Shown: positions 36,963-46,375 of the stretch, piece after piece
Position numbering within the stretch: position 1 is the first letter of the stretch
How the letters are laid out: every line of letters begins with the position of its first letter
IMG/VR virus record: IMGVR_UViG_3300030118_003168
Coordinates: 1 to 64,000 of that record
From: an uncultured virus (IMG/VR IMGVR_UViG_3300030118_003168)
Lineage: Duplodnaviria > Heunggongvirae > Uroviricota > Caudoviricetes
Reading direction: 5' to 3' (one strand)
Length of the DNA stretch: 64,000 nucleotides
Program-made: the position numbers and the translations under genes
Notes under the pieces: generated by a model
What the model was told of the DNA's origin: nothing
The model's database searches: none
Seen by the model: only the letters and a program-made list of their open reading frames with translations

Positions 36963-38324
36963 ATGACAGGATATATTAACACAATTGCAGATTTAGAAGC
37001 ACAAACATACGGATTAACAGGCCATACTGGTATTAACAACCAATTGCTTAAGCAAGCAGGTTCTATCGCAGGACTTCATACAGGCCATGATGCACCATTA
37101 GGCGTATCATCAACTAATTCCGCAGCAGCAGCAAGTTCGCTTAGTGCTTTGTATAACAAGATTTACGGTCAAAAAGTCTGGTCTATGCTAAACAGGGAAT
37201 GTAATGCACTTTCAGTCATTTCAAAGAGGCCATACACTTCAAGCGGTTGGAGAGTTCTTTCTGAGCGACCTGCTGGTGGTAGCGGTAATTTCCTTGATTT
37301 AACTGGTGTAAATGAAGGAACATCTGATGCGACTATTGGTTCAAATACAATGCGACCCGACTTATTGGGTGGTGTTCCTGAAAATGCGGCACTTTCAACT
37401 GCTGCTGATGGTTTAGCGTCTGTTGCTCCTAAATACGAACTATTGTTCACAAGTCCAAAGATTATTGCTCATCAATTTGAGTTCTCGGAATTGGCTATGG
37501 AAATGGCGCAAATTGACGATGGAATTGGCGATATTAGAGCGCAAATGAGAGAAGACATGGGCAAGCACCATTCAGAAACTCAAAACGCTATGCTCGTTAT
37601 GCCTCTTGAAAACTACAATCTATCGGCTACAAACCAAATTGGAACAATTGAGAGAAACTACACTTCTTTGCTAAAGGTTGTTTCTTCTAAGGAAGAATTA
37701 GATGCTATGGCTGCTGGAACTGTTCTAACTGCTTCAAATTCTGGTGTTGCAGAAATTGAAACTATTTACGGTAAGGCTCGTAGTGCCGCATCTTTCCTTG
37801 ATGCACAGGTTGATTTCGGTGGAGTAGGCTATGCTACTGGAAATGCTCGCTCTTTAACTCTAACTGTTCTAAACAACACAATTAGAGACTTGAGGGTTGC
37901 AGGTGGTTCACCAAAGGTTATTCTAACTGGATATGATACACTTCAAACCATTTCTGACCTATTACAAGCACAAGAGCGATTCATGGACAGAAAAGAAATT
38001 GTTCCTACTGTTAATGGTGTTCGTGGTGTTAAGGGTCAAGAAGTCGGATTTAGAGTTTCAACCTATTACGACATTCCTATGATTCCTGTTGCGGCTATGC
38101 CTTCAACTGGTGCAAATACTTCTTGTATTAGTGATATGCTTTTCCTTGATACAGACCATTTGTGGCTATCTGTTATGAAACCAACTCAATACTTTGAAGA
38201 TGGTATTTCAAACGGAAACCCATTCGGTGTCGGCCATCTTGGAAACAAGGCTCTTTACCGCACTATTGCGGAAGTCGGTTGTTCTTACTTCAAGGGTCAG
38301 GGTAAAATCACCAATTTGCTGTGA
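36963..38324 (+). CDS. Major capsid protein (HK97 fold)
   Basis: 453 aa after the protease; AAGGTGA RBS; PKVILTG, STYYDIPMIP and MLFLDTDHL C-terminal pattern. Confidence 0.88.
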   Translation: MTGYINTIADLEAQTYGLTGHTGINNQLLKQAGSIAGLHTGHDAPLGVSSTNSAAAASSLSALYNKIYGQKVWSMLNRECNALSVISKRPYTSSGWRVLSERPAGGSGNFLDLTGVNEGTSDATIGSNTMRPDLLGGVPENAALSTAADGLASVAPKYELLFTSPKIIAHQFEFSELAMEMAQIDDGIGDIRAQMREDMGKHHSETQNAMLVMPLENYNLSATNQIGTIERNYTSLLKVVSSKEELDAMAAGTVLTASNSGVAEIETIYGKARSAASFLDAQVDFGGVGYATGNARSLTLTVLNNTIRDLRVAGGSPKVILTGYDTLQTISDLLQAQERFMDRKEIVPTVNGVRGVKGQEVGFRVSTYYDIPMIPVAAMPSTGANTSCISDMLFLDTDHLWLSVMKPTQYFEDGISNGNPFGVGHLGNKALYRTIAEVGCSYFKGQGKITNLL

Positions 38325-38334
38325 GGTGTTTTAA

Positions 38335-38700
38335 TTGGCACATACAGTAACATTATTGGCAGACCATAAAGGTTTTACCAAGCCAAAAGTAATGGGTGAT
38401 GAATACTGCGTAGATGCAGTAATTGACATTACCAGTTATACGGCAAATGGAGAAGAAATTTTAGCAACAAGTTTAGGATTAACTAGCGTAACTGCGGTTG
38501 TAATCACAGGTGTTTCTGTTGATACAATTGCTGCTGGTTATTCTGTTTCAGTAATTAGTGCAGAAGTTCTTTCAGGAGCAGCAAATGGCGGTCAATATAT
38601 CCAAACAGGAAATAAAGACCGATTCCAAATCAATGTTCCTGCGGCAAGCAATACCGACAACATAGGTGAATTAAGAGTTAGAGTTTGGGGCAACCTTTGA
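38335..38700 (+). CDS. Putative virion (head-associated) protein
   Basis: TTG start after GAGGTG; beta-rich; directly after the MCP. Confidence 0.55.
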   Translation: MAHTVTLLADHKGFTKPKVMGDEYCVDAVIDITSYTANGEEILATSLGLTSVTAVVITGVSVDTIAAGYSVSVISAEVLSGAANGGQYIQTGNKDRFQINVPAASNTDNIGELRVRVWGNL

Positions 38701-38710
38701 AGGTGATAGT

Positions 38711-39037
38711 GTGGCTTTAGTGACATTATCTGATTTAGGTGGCTTTAAGCCTCTAAATATTAGAGGGGTTCTTGTTCAAAGAGATGTTCAGTCAGAAATT
38801 CCTGTTATACAGGCTCTTTTGCGTTGTAGTGATACAAAATTAATGTTCACTTTTGAAGAAAAGGACAGAAAAGATTTAGAGTCAATAGACCCTGAATTGT
38901 TTCCGACTATTTCAAGTGAATTAAGAAAAAAAATCACTACTCACAAAGAATTGATTGAATTGCTTTTGCCTAAGAAATCAGCAGCAAAGAAGAAAACTGC
39001 GCCAAAAGCAAAGAAATCTTCTTTGACTGAGGAATGA
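38711..39037 (+). CDS. Hypothetical protein
   Basis: GTG start after AGGTGA; Lys/Ala-rich tail. Confidence 0.65.
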   Translation: MALVTLSDLGGFKPLNIRGVLVQRDVQSEIPVIQALLRCSDTKLMFTFEEKDRKDLESIDPELFPTISSELRKKITTHKELIELLLPKKSAAKKKTAPKAKKSSLTEE

Positions 39038-39087
39038 ACCGATACGATTAAGAGGGTGCGCCCTCAATCGTTGCTTGACGGAGTAAG

Positions 39088-39375
39088 ATGAATATGCCGA
39101 GTTGCAGAAGTAGTGGGTTATTAATTGATGATACACAAGTAATTAACGGTCAATGTAAATTGATTTCAATTCATGTTAATAACGATAGTGGCGCACCTTG
39201 TCAAATTAAGGTATTTGATGGGACAGATAATACAGGTAAAGAATTAGCCCGTATTAACTTAGATGGTATTCAAATTCAAAACCTTGAATTTGACATGCAT
39301 GGCGTTATTTGTTCTAATGGAATCTTTTATGAAGAAACAAGTGGCGATGCTAATACTTACATTCATTTCGCTTAA
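39088..39375 (+). CDS. Small beta-rich hypothetical protein
   Basis: ORF track. Confidence 0.65.
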   Translation: MNMPSCRSSGLLIDDTQVINGQCKLISIHVNNDSGAPCQIKVFDGTDNTGKELARINLDGIQIQNLEFDMHGVICSNGIFYEETSGDANTYIHFA

Positions 39376-39384
39376 GGTGATAAT

Positions 39385-39777
39385 ATGGCGGCTTTAAATA
39401 CAGATACAAGATTAGTTATGACTATACTTTTTGTTGGTGCATTAAGTGGAGCAAATGTCTTTGCTTATGCAACATTTGGAACAGGCTTTCCTTATGGCCC
39501 AATAGCACATTCAGTCTTATTTGGATTGGGAACAATAGGTGCAATAATGGTAATGAAAGCATTGTTTGATTTAGCACTTAATGATAAAATAGAGATGTGG
39601 CTATTGGATAGAAAAATTGCGGCTTATTGGGAAAGAAAAGCAAGAGATGAACAACAAAGACAAAAAATGCGTGAAAGCGCAAGACAGTTTGGTGGTTCAA
39701 CACCTTTCTATCAGCCTCAATTACAACAGGAAGAAGAAAATACTGTTGGAAGCGAGTTTTTAGCCACCCTTCAATAA
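39385..39777 (+). CDS. Membrane protein (two TM helices plus coiled coil)
   Basis: Two hydrophobic segments followed by a charged helix. Confidence 0.75.
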   Translation: MAALNTDTRLVMTILFVGALSGANVFAYATFGTGFPYGPIAHSVLFGLGTIGAIMVMKALFDLALNDKIEMWLLDRKIAAYWERKARDEQQRQKMRESARQFGGSTPFYQPQLQQEEENTVGSEFLATLQ

Positions 39778-39790
39778 AGGGGTTGGTTAA

Positions 39791-40009
39791 ATGGTCTTTG
39801 GAGATTTAATGGGTTTTTCCGACTCGGACTACGCATATAATCAACAAAGAGCGCATTCAGCAGATGTTTTCTTTCTCAAGATGAGAGCATGGTTTTGGGG
39901 TAGTTTTGCTACCTTGCTATCTTTCTTCGTTGGTAATATAATGGGTGTTTTTGATATAAATATTATTGGATGGATAATTGAGGGAGTAAAAGGTTTATGG
40001 GGGCATTAA
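39791..40009 (+). CDS. Small membrane protein
   Basis: Hydrophobic C-terminal half. Confidence 0.7.
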   Translation: MVFGDLMGFSDSDYAYNQQRAHSADVFFLKMRAWFWGSFATLLSFFVGNIMGVFDINIIGWIIEGVKGLWGH

Positions 40010-40678
40010 ATGTCATTAATGACAGGATTTGCCATATTAGTTGGTGAAGCAGTTATAGGTTTTTGGAAAAAGGTTCATGCTATTAATTTCGGTGTTTATG
40101 GAGCAACAATGGTGGGAAAAACTACATTAAGTCATCAATTAAGAACAAGGGGAGAAGTGCCGACAATAAATGAAAGAACCGTTGGATTACATAGAGCCTC
40201 AAGAAAAAATGTTAAAATAGATGGAGAATCATGGACAGTTAAAAGTGCTGATATTGGAGGAGAAGCAATATACTGGAAAGAATGGGTTAAAGATATGCAA
40301 AAGCGTAAAGTTAAGTATATTATATTTATGATAGACCACAGACACTTAGATAATTCTTCAAACTTAGACCATCAAGTAGCATGGAAATTTTTAGTTGATA
40401 CAATATGTTCTAATATTTGGCCTACTGGAAGAAAAAAGAAAGAACCTGATTATCCGATGGCAGTAGGAATATGGGCTAATAAATATGATATATGGGGAGA
40501 AAAATATCCATTAAAAGAAGGCCAAACAATAGATAAACATGATATATTTGAACCGTTTAAATATGGAATGAGGCAGTTAAATGATAAAGGAATACCTTGT
40601 TTTAAATATATAGTTTCAGCAAAGTCAGACCCCGAAATGGTATATAGAGGCGTAATGACAATGATAAAAGATTACTGA
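40010..40678 (+). CDS. Small Ras/Arf-like GTPase
   Basis: G1 GATMVGKTT, G2 RTVG, G3 DIGG, G4 NKYD, G5 SAK; N-terminal hydrophobic/amphipathic helix. Confidence 0.88.
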   Translation: MSLMTGFAILVGEAVIGFWKKVHAINFGVYGATMVGKTTLSHQLRTRGEVPTINERTVGLHRASRKNVKIDGESWTVKSADIGGEAIYWKEWVKDMQKRKVKYIIFMIDHRHLDNSSNLDHQVAWKFLVDTICSNIWPTGRKKKEPDYPMAVGIWANKYDIWGEKYPLKEGQTIDKHDIFEPFKYGMRQLNDKGIPCFKYIVSAKSDPEMVYRGVMTMIKDY

Positions 40679-40688
40679 GGAATGAAAG

Positions 40689-41357
40689 ATGTATCAAAAC
40701 CAATTAATAGGACAGAACGCACCGCAACAATTTAATCCAACATTATCACCATTACAACAAGCAAGAGCAAGTGGACAAGTAGTAGAATATAAGTTTACAG
40801 AAGTTAGACCTAAAAAGCAATTAAAAGAACTTATTAAAGTATTAACTGCCGAACCCAAAAAATTATTATTCATTAAATATGGTAAGAAATTTAATTTAAA
40901 AGATAGGTGTGTTGTTTGTGGAATGCATCATGTTTGGGAGCAAGGAGATTATTTAAGACCTCCAATGCCTTTAGATAAAGTGGTTAAAGGCAGACCACTC
41001 ATGGGAACATATTGTCCTAAACATTCTTCTATGTATATGCAATTAGAGATGCTTCAACAACAAATACTGGCAGATAAGCATGGATTAGAGTTTAAGCGAT
41101 TTGTTCCTAAAATGCCAAAGATGATGAAAAGTGGGCCAATTACTGAATTAAGTAAAAAAGATGTAATGGCTCTTACCGCAAGCGGTTGGTTTATTAAGCC
41201 ACCCGCTTTAGACGATAACAGGACGGCAACACAAGAGGTCATTCAACTAATAACTGAAATTAACATAATGACTGAGAGAGTTAGCCATTTAATGCTTAAA
41301 CATCAAATTGAAGCAATTAACTCAACACCAGAAATAAAAGAAACTAAAGAGGAATAG
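40689..41357 (+). CDS. Zn-binding protein with coiled coil
   Basis: CVVC and CPKH motifs. Confidence 0.7.
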   Translation: MYQNQLIGQNAPQQFNPTLSPLQQARASGQVVEYKFTEVRPKKQLKELIKVLTAEPKKLLFIKYGKKFNLKDRCVVCGMHHVWEQGDYLRPPMPLDKVVKGRPLMGTYCPKHSSMYMQLEMLQQQILADKHGLEFKRFVPKMPKMMKSGPITELSKKDVMALTASGWFIKPPALDDNRTATQEVIQLITEINIMTERVSHLMLKHQIEAINSTPEIKETKEE

Positions 41358-41359
41358 AT

Positions 41360-42016
41360 ATGGTATTTGGAACAAGCAACAAAACTGTTTTAGGTGCAGT
41401 TCAACAACAAGGCGACCAGAATTTTAAATCAATGAACAACTTATTATCTTTGCAAGATAATCATGTTGAAGAATTTTTTCAATATCATGGTGAACATTTC
41501 TTAGCCGCACTTGAAAAACTCATGGAAGATGTTATTGAGCGTGTTGTTTCTCAAATGCTCGCAAAACTTTCCTTTGATACTAGCGGTTCATCTATTACTG
41601 TAAATAGAGATGCCTTAAGAGAATACGAAAGAATTACTCAAGAAAACATTGATTTAGATTTACAATTGCTATTACAATCAGCAATCAATACAGAAGTCGT
41701 AAATCAAAGAAAACTTGCGAAGCAACAATACCTTGAATCTCAAGGTTTTAGTGGTGGTGGAATACAACAAATTACTCAACCAACCGCAGGTATGGCAATT
41801 GCAGGATTAACAGGAACAACAGGACAATATCAGCAAATGCAAGGTGCTGTCAATAATGGTTCGGGTTATCCCGTTCCTCCAAGTGGAACAGACGGATATG
41901 GCCGTCCTTATTGGATTGATGCACAAGGTCAAATGAGTTATGAACCACCACAAAGCGGATTACATTTAGGTGCAGGTATTCAAAAGGCTGCTGCTTGGGC
42001 TAAATGGTTAATGTGA
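41360..42016 (+). CDS. Hypothetical protein, Gln/Gly-rich with amphipathic C-terminus
   Basis: ORF track; ends AAAWAKWLM. Confidence 0.7.
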   Translation: MVFGTSNKTVLGAVQQQGDQNFKSMNNLLSLQDNHVEEFFQYHGEHFLAALEKLMEDVIERVVSQMLAKLSFDTSGSSITVNRDALREYERITQENIDLDLQLLLQSAINTEVVNQRKLAKQQYLESQGFSGGGIQQITQPTAGMAIAGLTGTTGQYQQMQGAVNNGSGYPVPPSGTDGYGRPYWIDAQGQMSYEPPQSGLHLGAGIQKAAAWAKWLM

Positions 42017-42027
42017 GGTGAATAACA

Positions 42028-44334
42028 TTGGTTGATTTCTTTTGGGGTAATTCACCCGTTTCTTTTCCTTCTGTATCTAGCAGAATTAAAAAAGAAATGT
42101 TAGAATTTATTCAGGAAGAAAACATTGAATTTATTTCTTATTTACAAATAGCCAAAGATACTTTAGAAGAAAAAGGAGAAAGTTCTAAAGAATTAGTAGA
42201 TGAGTTTATTAAAATTTTTGATGAAATTAAAGCAGATAAGTTAATGCCCTTGATGAGAGGTCACGACGATGGAGAAAAAGCCATTGAAAATTTTACAACG
42301 AGTAAAATCAAAGATAAAACTATTACTAATGAAGAAAATGTTAATTTTTTAAATGAATTAACTGTTGGTGATTTAAGCGATTCTGATAAAATCAATAGAT
42401 TAAGAGGTTTCGGTGCTTTGAAATTTGGTCAAGCATTTGAAACCTTACCTGAATTTGATGCAGATGATTTTCTTAGCACATTCAAAGAAGACGATTATAA
42501 AATAGATATTGATTTAAGATTTCAAGATGTTATTCCTGACGATATGGATGATTATAATAGCGAAATATCTCCAATCAGATTTAGTTATGGTAAAGAAAAT
42601 ATTACATTTACTTCTCCTTATACTGATTCACAAATTATAGATGCTAAAAAAGAACATTTGGTAAATGAAACCAATCAAGAACCTGATTTTACTCCTAAAA
42701 AAACAAAAAGTTATCCTCCAAGAATAGTCAAAACAATGGAAATAAACATACTTGACACAACTGTTGAAGCATTAGAAGATGGTGCAAGAGTAACCGTTGT
42801 TCCTGTTGAATTAATATATAATAAAAATAATAAACTAACTGGTAAGTTTAAAGTTACTGGGGCTGAAAAAGTTTTAAACCACAATAAGTTTATTGATTTG
42901 GCAATTGCTGGTCTTAAAGATAGAAACGATACCATGATTGATAATAGAATTTATGATTTGGGTAGCGAAGGATTGGTAAGAATAGTCAAAGGTAATTTTG
43001 AAGGAGCAGGTCTTACTATAAGAGCCGATAGAAAAACAGAAGATGATATTGCAGATAAATTCTACAAAATGTTTTTACCTATTCAAACAAATGTAATAGA
43101 GCCTATGTTAAGTAATCCTTTAAATGCAATTAATTATCGTGGGGTAGTTAATTTTAAAACAGAAAGAAGTGTAAATAATTCACTAACTCGCAAAATAGAA
43201 AGATTAGCAGAAACTGTTGGTAAAGGAAAGAAAAGCGATTGGAAAGCGGGTAAAGATGAAGACGGAAACCCAAGATTTATTGAAAGTGTTGAAGTTATGG
43301 TGGATGGTAAATTTAAGCGATTAAGTGTTAAACAGGCTCAAGAACTTGAAGGGGAAGCATGGACAAATAAAGATACTAAAGAAAAAATTAGTAATGCTGA
43401 ATATATGGCTTTAGGACAACAACAAAGATTGGCATATACTCCTAATTATTATGTTATTACTATTGATGGAGAAACAAGAACTCCTACTAATGAAGTATCA
43501 ACCACGCATAGAACTATTAAAGCGTATAGATTAAAAAATGCTCCTGAAGATGCTTATGCTGAAAAACCCAAAGCAACCAAAGGATTTTTCCGTAGATTCA
43601 AAGAATCCAATAAAAGAGGCGATTTTGGAAACGCTTATAGCGGATTTAAGAGATTCCTTACAGAAGAAGAAGGAAAACAAAAAATGCAACAAATGGAAGA
43701 GAGACAGGAAGAAGAAAATAAAAAGGAAAAGCCTTCTCAATTTACTCCGTTTAATCAGATATATAGAAAAGGACTTAATTTTACTTTTGAAGGAGACTTT
43801 GTTACAAGAGAAGAATATGAAAAACTTTCTGATAAAGTTAAGGAAAGGAGTAGATTGGTTCTTTTAAACAAAAAAAGAATACAACAGATGAACTTTATTG
43901 ATAAAGATGATTATGAACCTATTTATGAAGAAAGAGAATTAAATCCTGAAGCGGTAGATGAAAAAGGAAAATTGACTCCACAGGCATTAGAAGATGCTAA
44001 GGAACTACAATTTAGAGAAACTCTAAGACAAAGAGAAGCAAAAAGAAGAGTAAGAAAACCTGCTGAAATTGATTCTCCTGCTAAATTCGGTAGAGTTACT
44101 GATAAATCATTAGCCGTAGTAACTGGCCCAGATTATGTATTAAATCCATTAGTTACTTATGCTAATATTCAAGACGCTTTTAAACCTGCAATTTTGCATA
44201 TTGAATTAGTAGTAACAGAAATAGGAGAGTTTTCTTTAAATCCTATGCAAAAAAGAAGAAATGATGAAATGACAAATGTTATTGAGGACATAAGAGAAAA
44301 CTTATCCGTTTTAGAAGATAAATTGGGTGAGTAA
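42028..44334 (+). CDS. Large hypothetical protein (768 aa)
   Basis: TTG start after GAGGTGA. Confidence 0.75.
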   Translation: MVDFFWGNSPVSFPSVSSRIKKEMLEFIQEENIEFISYLQIAKDTLEEKGESSKELVDEFIKIFDEIKADKLMPLMRGHDDGEKAIENFTTSKIKDKTITNEENVNFLNELTVGDLSDSDKINRLRGFGALKFGQAFETLPEFDADDFLSTFKEDDYKIDIDLRFQDVIPDDMDDYNSEISPIRFSYGKENITFTSPYTDSQIIDAKKEHLVNETNQEPDFTPKKTKSYPPRIVKTMEINILDTTVEALEDGARVTVVPVELIYNKNNKLTGKFKVTGAEKVLNHNKFIDLAIAGLKDRNDTMIDNRIYDLGSEGLVRIVKGNFEGAGLTIRADRKTEDDIADKFYKMFLPIQTNVIEPMLSNPLNAINYRGVVNFKTERSVNNSLTRKIERLAETVGKGKKSDWKAGKDEDGNPRFIESVEVMVDGKFKRLSVKQAQELEGEAWTNKDTKEKISNAEYMALGQQQRLAYTPNYYVITIDGETRTPTNEVSTTHRTIKAYRLKNAPEDAYAEKPKATKGFFRRFKESNKRGDFGNAYSGFKRFLTEEEGKQKMQQMEERQEEENKKEKPSQFTPFNQIYRKGLNFTFEGDFVTREEYEKLSDKVKERSRLVLLNKKRIQQMNFIDKDDYEPIYEERELNPEAVDEKGKLTPQALEDAKELQFRETLRQREAKRRVRKPAEIDSPAKFGRVTDKSLAVVTGPDYVLNPLVTYANIQDAFKPAILHIELVVTEIGEFSLNPMQKRRNDEMTNVIEDIRENLSVLEDKLGE

Positions 44335-44335
44335 A

Positions 44336-45637
44336 ATGGGAACAACAATTTCTCCAAGTGACTTTACGGAAATTAATCCGAACTATACTCAAGGTAGGGG
44401 TTTCTATACCAATGCCACAGAAGTAGCCAATTTATTACAAATACCTGCATTTAGTGGAACAACATATCCTACTACTGCTCAAGTAGGGGCTATCATTAAA
44501 AGAGTGGAAGGTATAGTTGATGATAAAGTAAAGCGTTCTTTTAGACCTATTATAACAAAAGATGAATACCATAATTTTGAATTTACAAGAGGCCCAAGAA
44601 ATCATTATTATGGTGGTTATGTAGGATTCATTCAATTAAAACAAATGAAAGTTCGTAAGATAGTTTCACTTCAATTGTGGCAAGGAAGTCATTATGAAGA
44701 AATAGCATCGGCTCAAGCAAAAGTTCTTTTACAGGATAACTTTAGAAATTTAAATTCTATTATTTTAGAATTACCAGATAACGGAGTTTCTTTTGAACTT
44801 CTTTCTGAAAACGATATAACACAATTAGCAGATGATGAATTTTGTAATACCTTTGGTATTAAAACAACATCGGCTGAAATAGTTTCTTTAATAAATGAAT
44901 CATTTCCTTCAACATCACAATATACTGGTGCAACTGCAACAAAAAGCCTTACTTCTTCTAATCTTTCTATTTCTGACTTTTTCTATGCGTCAAAGGACAA
45001 GTCAAACGGCAAGCAAATTAACATATCATCCCTACTTTTGGGTGATGATGGTTCAGATTGTGTCCTCAAGGCAACAATAAAACAGTCATGCACAACAATT
45101 AACTCATCTACTGCCCTTACTGTTGCTGATTCGTCTAAATTAGCCGTAGGTATGGCTATTAGTGGAACAGGTATTACAGGAACAATTACAATTGCTTCAA
45201 TTACTGATGCAACAAATGTTGTATTAAGCGCACCTGCTTCTGCAAGTGGAACTAATGATTTAATATTCACGACAACAGAATCTATACCTACTGTTTGTAA
45301 TTTAACTGAATTTACAGACAAAGAAGATTTAAAAAGACTTGGCTCATACTGGACTATAAATGAAGAAGGGAGAATATTCTTTTTAAGAGACTATCCTTTT
45401 CATACAAATAATTCTGTTATTGTTTCTTATATTGCAGGAGATAATAGAGTTCCTTCTGCTATACATGAAGCCACAACAAAACTTGTTGCTTCTGAAATAA
45501 TAAGAATGGACGACCAAAGTGTATTAATTGCTGAAACTGGTGGAAACATTACTGCAAAAGAAAAGTATGATATTCTTCGTAAAGAAGGAATGGAAATTCT
45601 TAAAGGAAAGGGAGACATAGTTTATTTCTTGGATTGA
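44336..45637 (+). CDS. Putative head-tail adaptor/connector with beta-rich insertion
   Basis: YTNATEVA..L start, VSYIAG..RVPSAIHEAT end (adaptor pattern); position before the tail genes. Confidence 0.6.
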   Translation: MGTTISPSDFTEINPNYTQGRGFYTNATEVANLLQIPAFSGTTYPTTAQVGAIIKRVEGIVDDKVKRSFRPIITKDEYHNFEFTRGPRNHYYGGYVGFIQLKQMKVRKIVSLQLWQGSHYEEIASAQAKVLLQDNFRNLNSIILELPDNGVSFELLSENDITQLADDEFCNTFGIKTTSAEIVSLINESFPSTSQYTGATATKSLTSSNLSISDFFYASKDKSNGKQINISSLLLGDDGSDCVLKATIKQSCTTINSSTALTVADSSKLAVGMAISGTGITGTITIASITDATNVVLSAPASASGTNDLIFTTTESIPTVCNLTEFTDKEDLKRLGSYWTINEEGRIFFLRDYPFHTNNSVIVSYIAGDNRVPSAIHEATTKLVASEIIRMDDQSVLIAETGGNITAKEKYDILRKEGMEILKGKGDIVYFLD

Positions 45638-45642
45638 TAGTT

Positions 45643-45858
45643 ATGGCAATAAAAATTGACCTTTCTAAATTTAATGAACTATTGAAAATTGAAAAGGAAA
45701 GACAATTGGCTATGCAAGAATTATCAGATATTTTAGGCTATGATGTTTCTTTTAGTGATGAAGAAGTTTTAAAAAATGCATCAGAAGCATATTCAAAATA
45801 TATTGAAAAAGAGTTAAGTGCGGAGGTATTGTTATTGATGAAGTCTCTTTACTCATAG
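45643..45858 (+). CDS. Hypothetical neck-region protein
   Basis: ORF track, ATG start. Confidence 0.55.
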   Translation: MAIKIDLSKFNELLKIEKERQLAMQELSDILGYDVSFSDEEVLKNASEAYSKYIEKELSAEVLLLMKSLYS

Positions 45859-46346
45859 ATTTAATTACAAGTAATTGGTCTTCTAATACTGCTGCTTTAG
45901 TTTCAGCAGGAGAAATAGATGCTTCTCACGCAGTAACTCCTGATGTTATTGATATTAGAAACTTAAATGCTAATAAAGGTAAGCGTGTTGATTTAAGCAG
46001 AACTCCTGCAACAATAGTAGTATTTGAAGATTCACAGGCTATTGAATATCCAACAGTTACTTATGATGTAAGAAACGAAACATATACATTTACTCTCCAT
46101 ATTAGGGTATTACATGATGAAAGAGGTGGAGAAGATTCCTCATACGGCATGGATAGGCTAAGGGCTATATACTTGATACTGCGTAGGACTCTTGAAAGCA
46201 AAAGGCATGGCTATACTGCAAGCGATGGTTCTAATTTTAGGCAATTATTTTTAGGAGCAAGAAGCGAGAGTAATGACCGAGCAAAGAGACTTTTTGGATA
46301 TAAAGTAACATTAGAAGCGAAAAGATTTGCATTAAACATTCCCTAG
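45834..46346 (+). CDS. Putative tail completion/terminator protein (about 170 aa, ATT start)
   Basis: Frame of track ORF 46149-46346 is open back to the TGA at 45804 with no ATG/GTG/TTG; GGAGGT precedes ATT-GAT-GAA; position before the tail tube gene. Confidence 0.6.
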   Translation: MDEVSLLIDLITSNWSSNTAALVSAGEIDASHAVTPDVIDIRNLNANKGKRVDLSRTPATIVVFEDSQAIEYPTVTYDVRNETYTFTLHIRVLHDERGGEDSSYGMDRLRAIYLILRRTLESKRHGYTASDGSNFRQLFLGARSESNDRAKRLFGYKVTLEAKRFALNIP

Positions 46347-46375
46347 TAAGTAAGTAAGGAAAGGGGAGAGATAGC

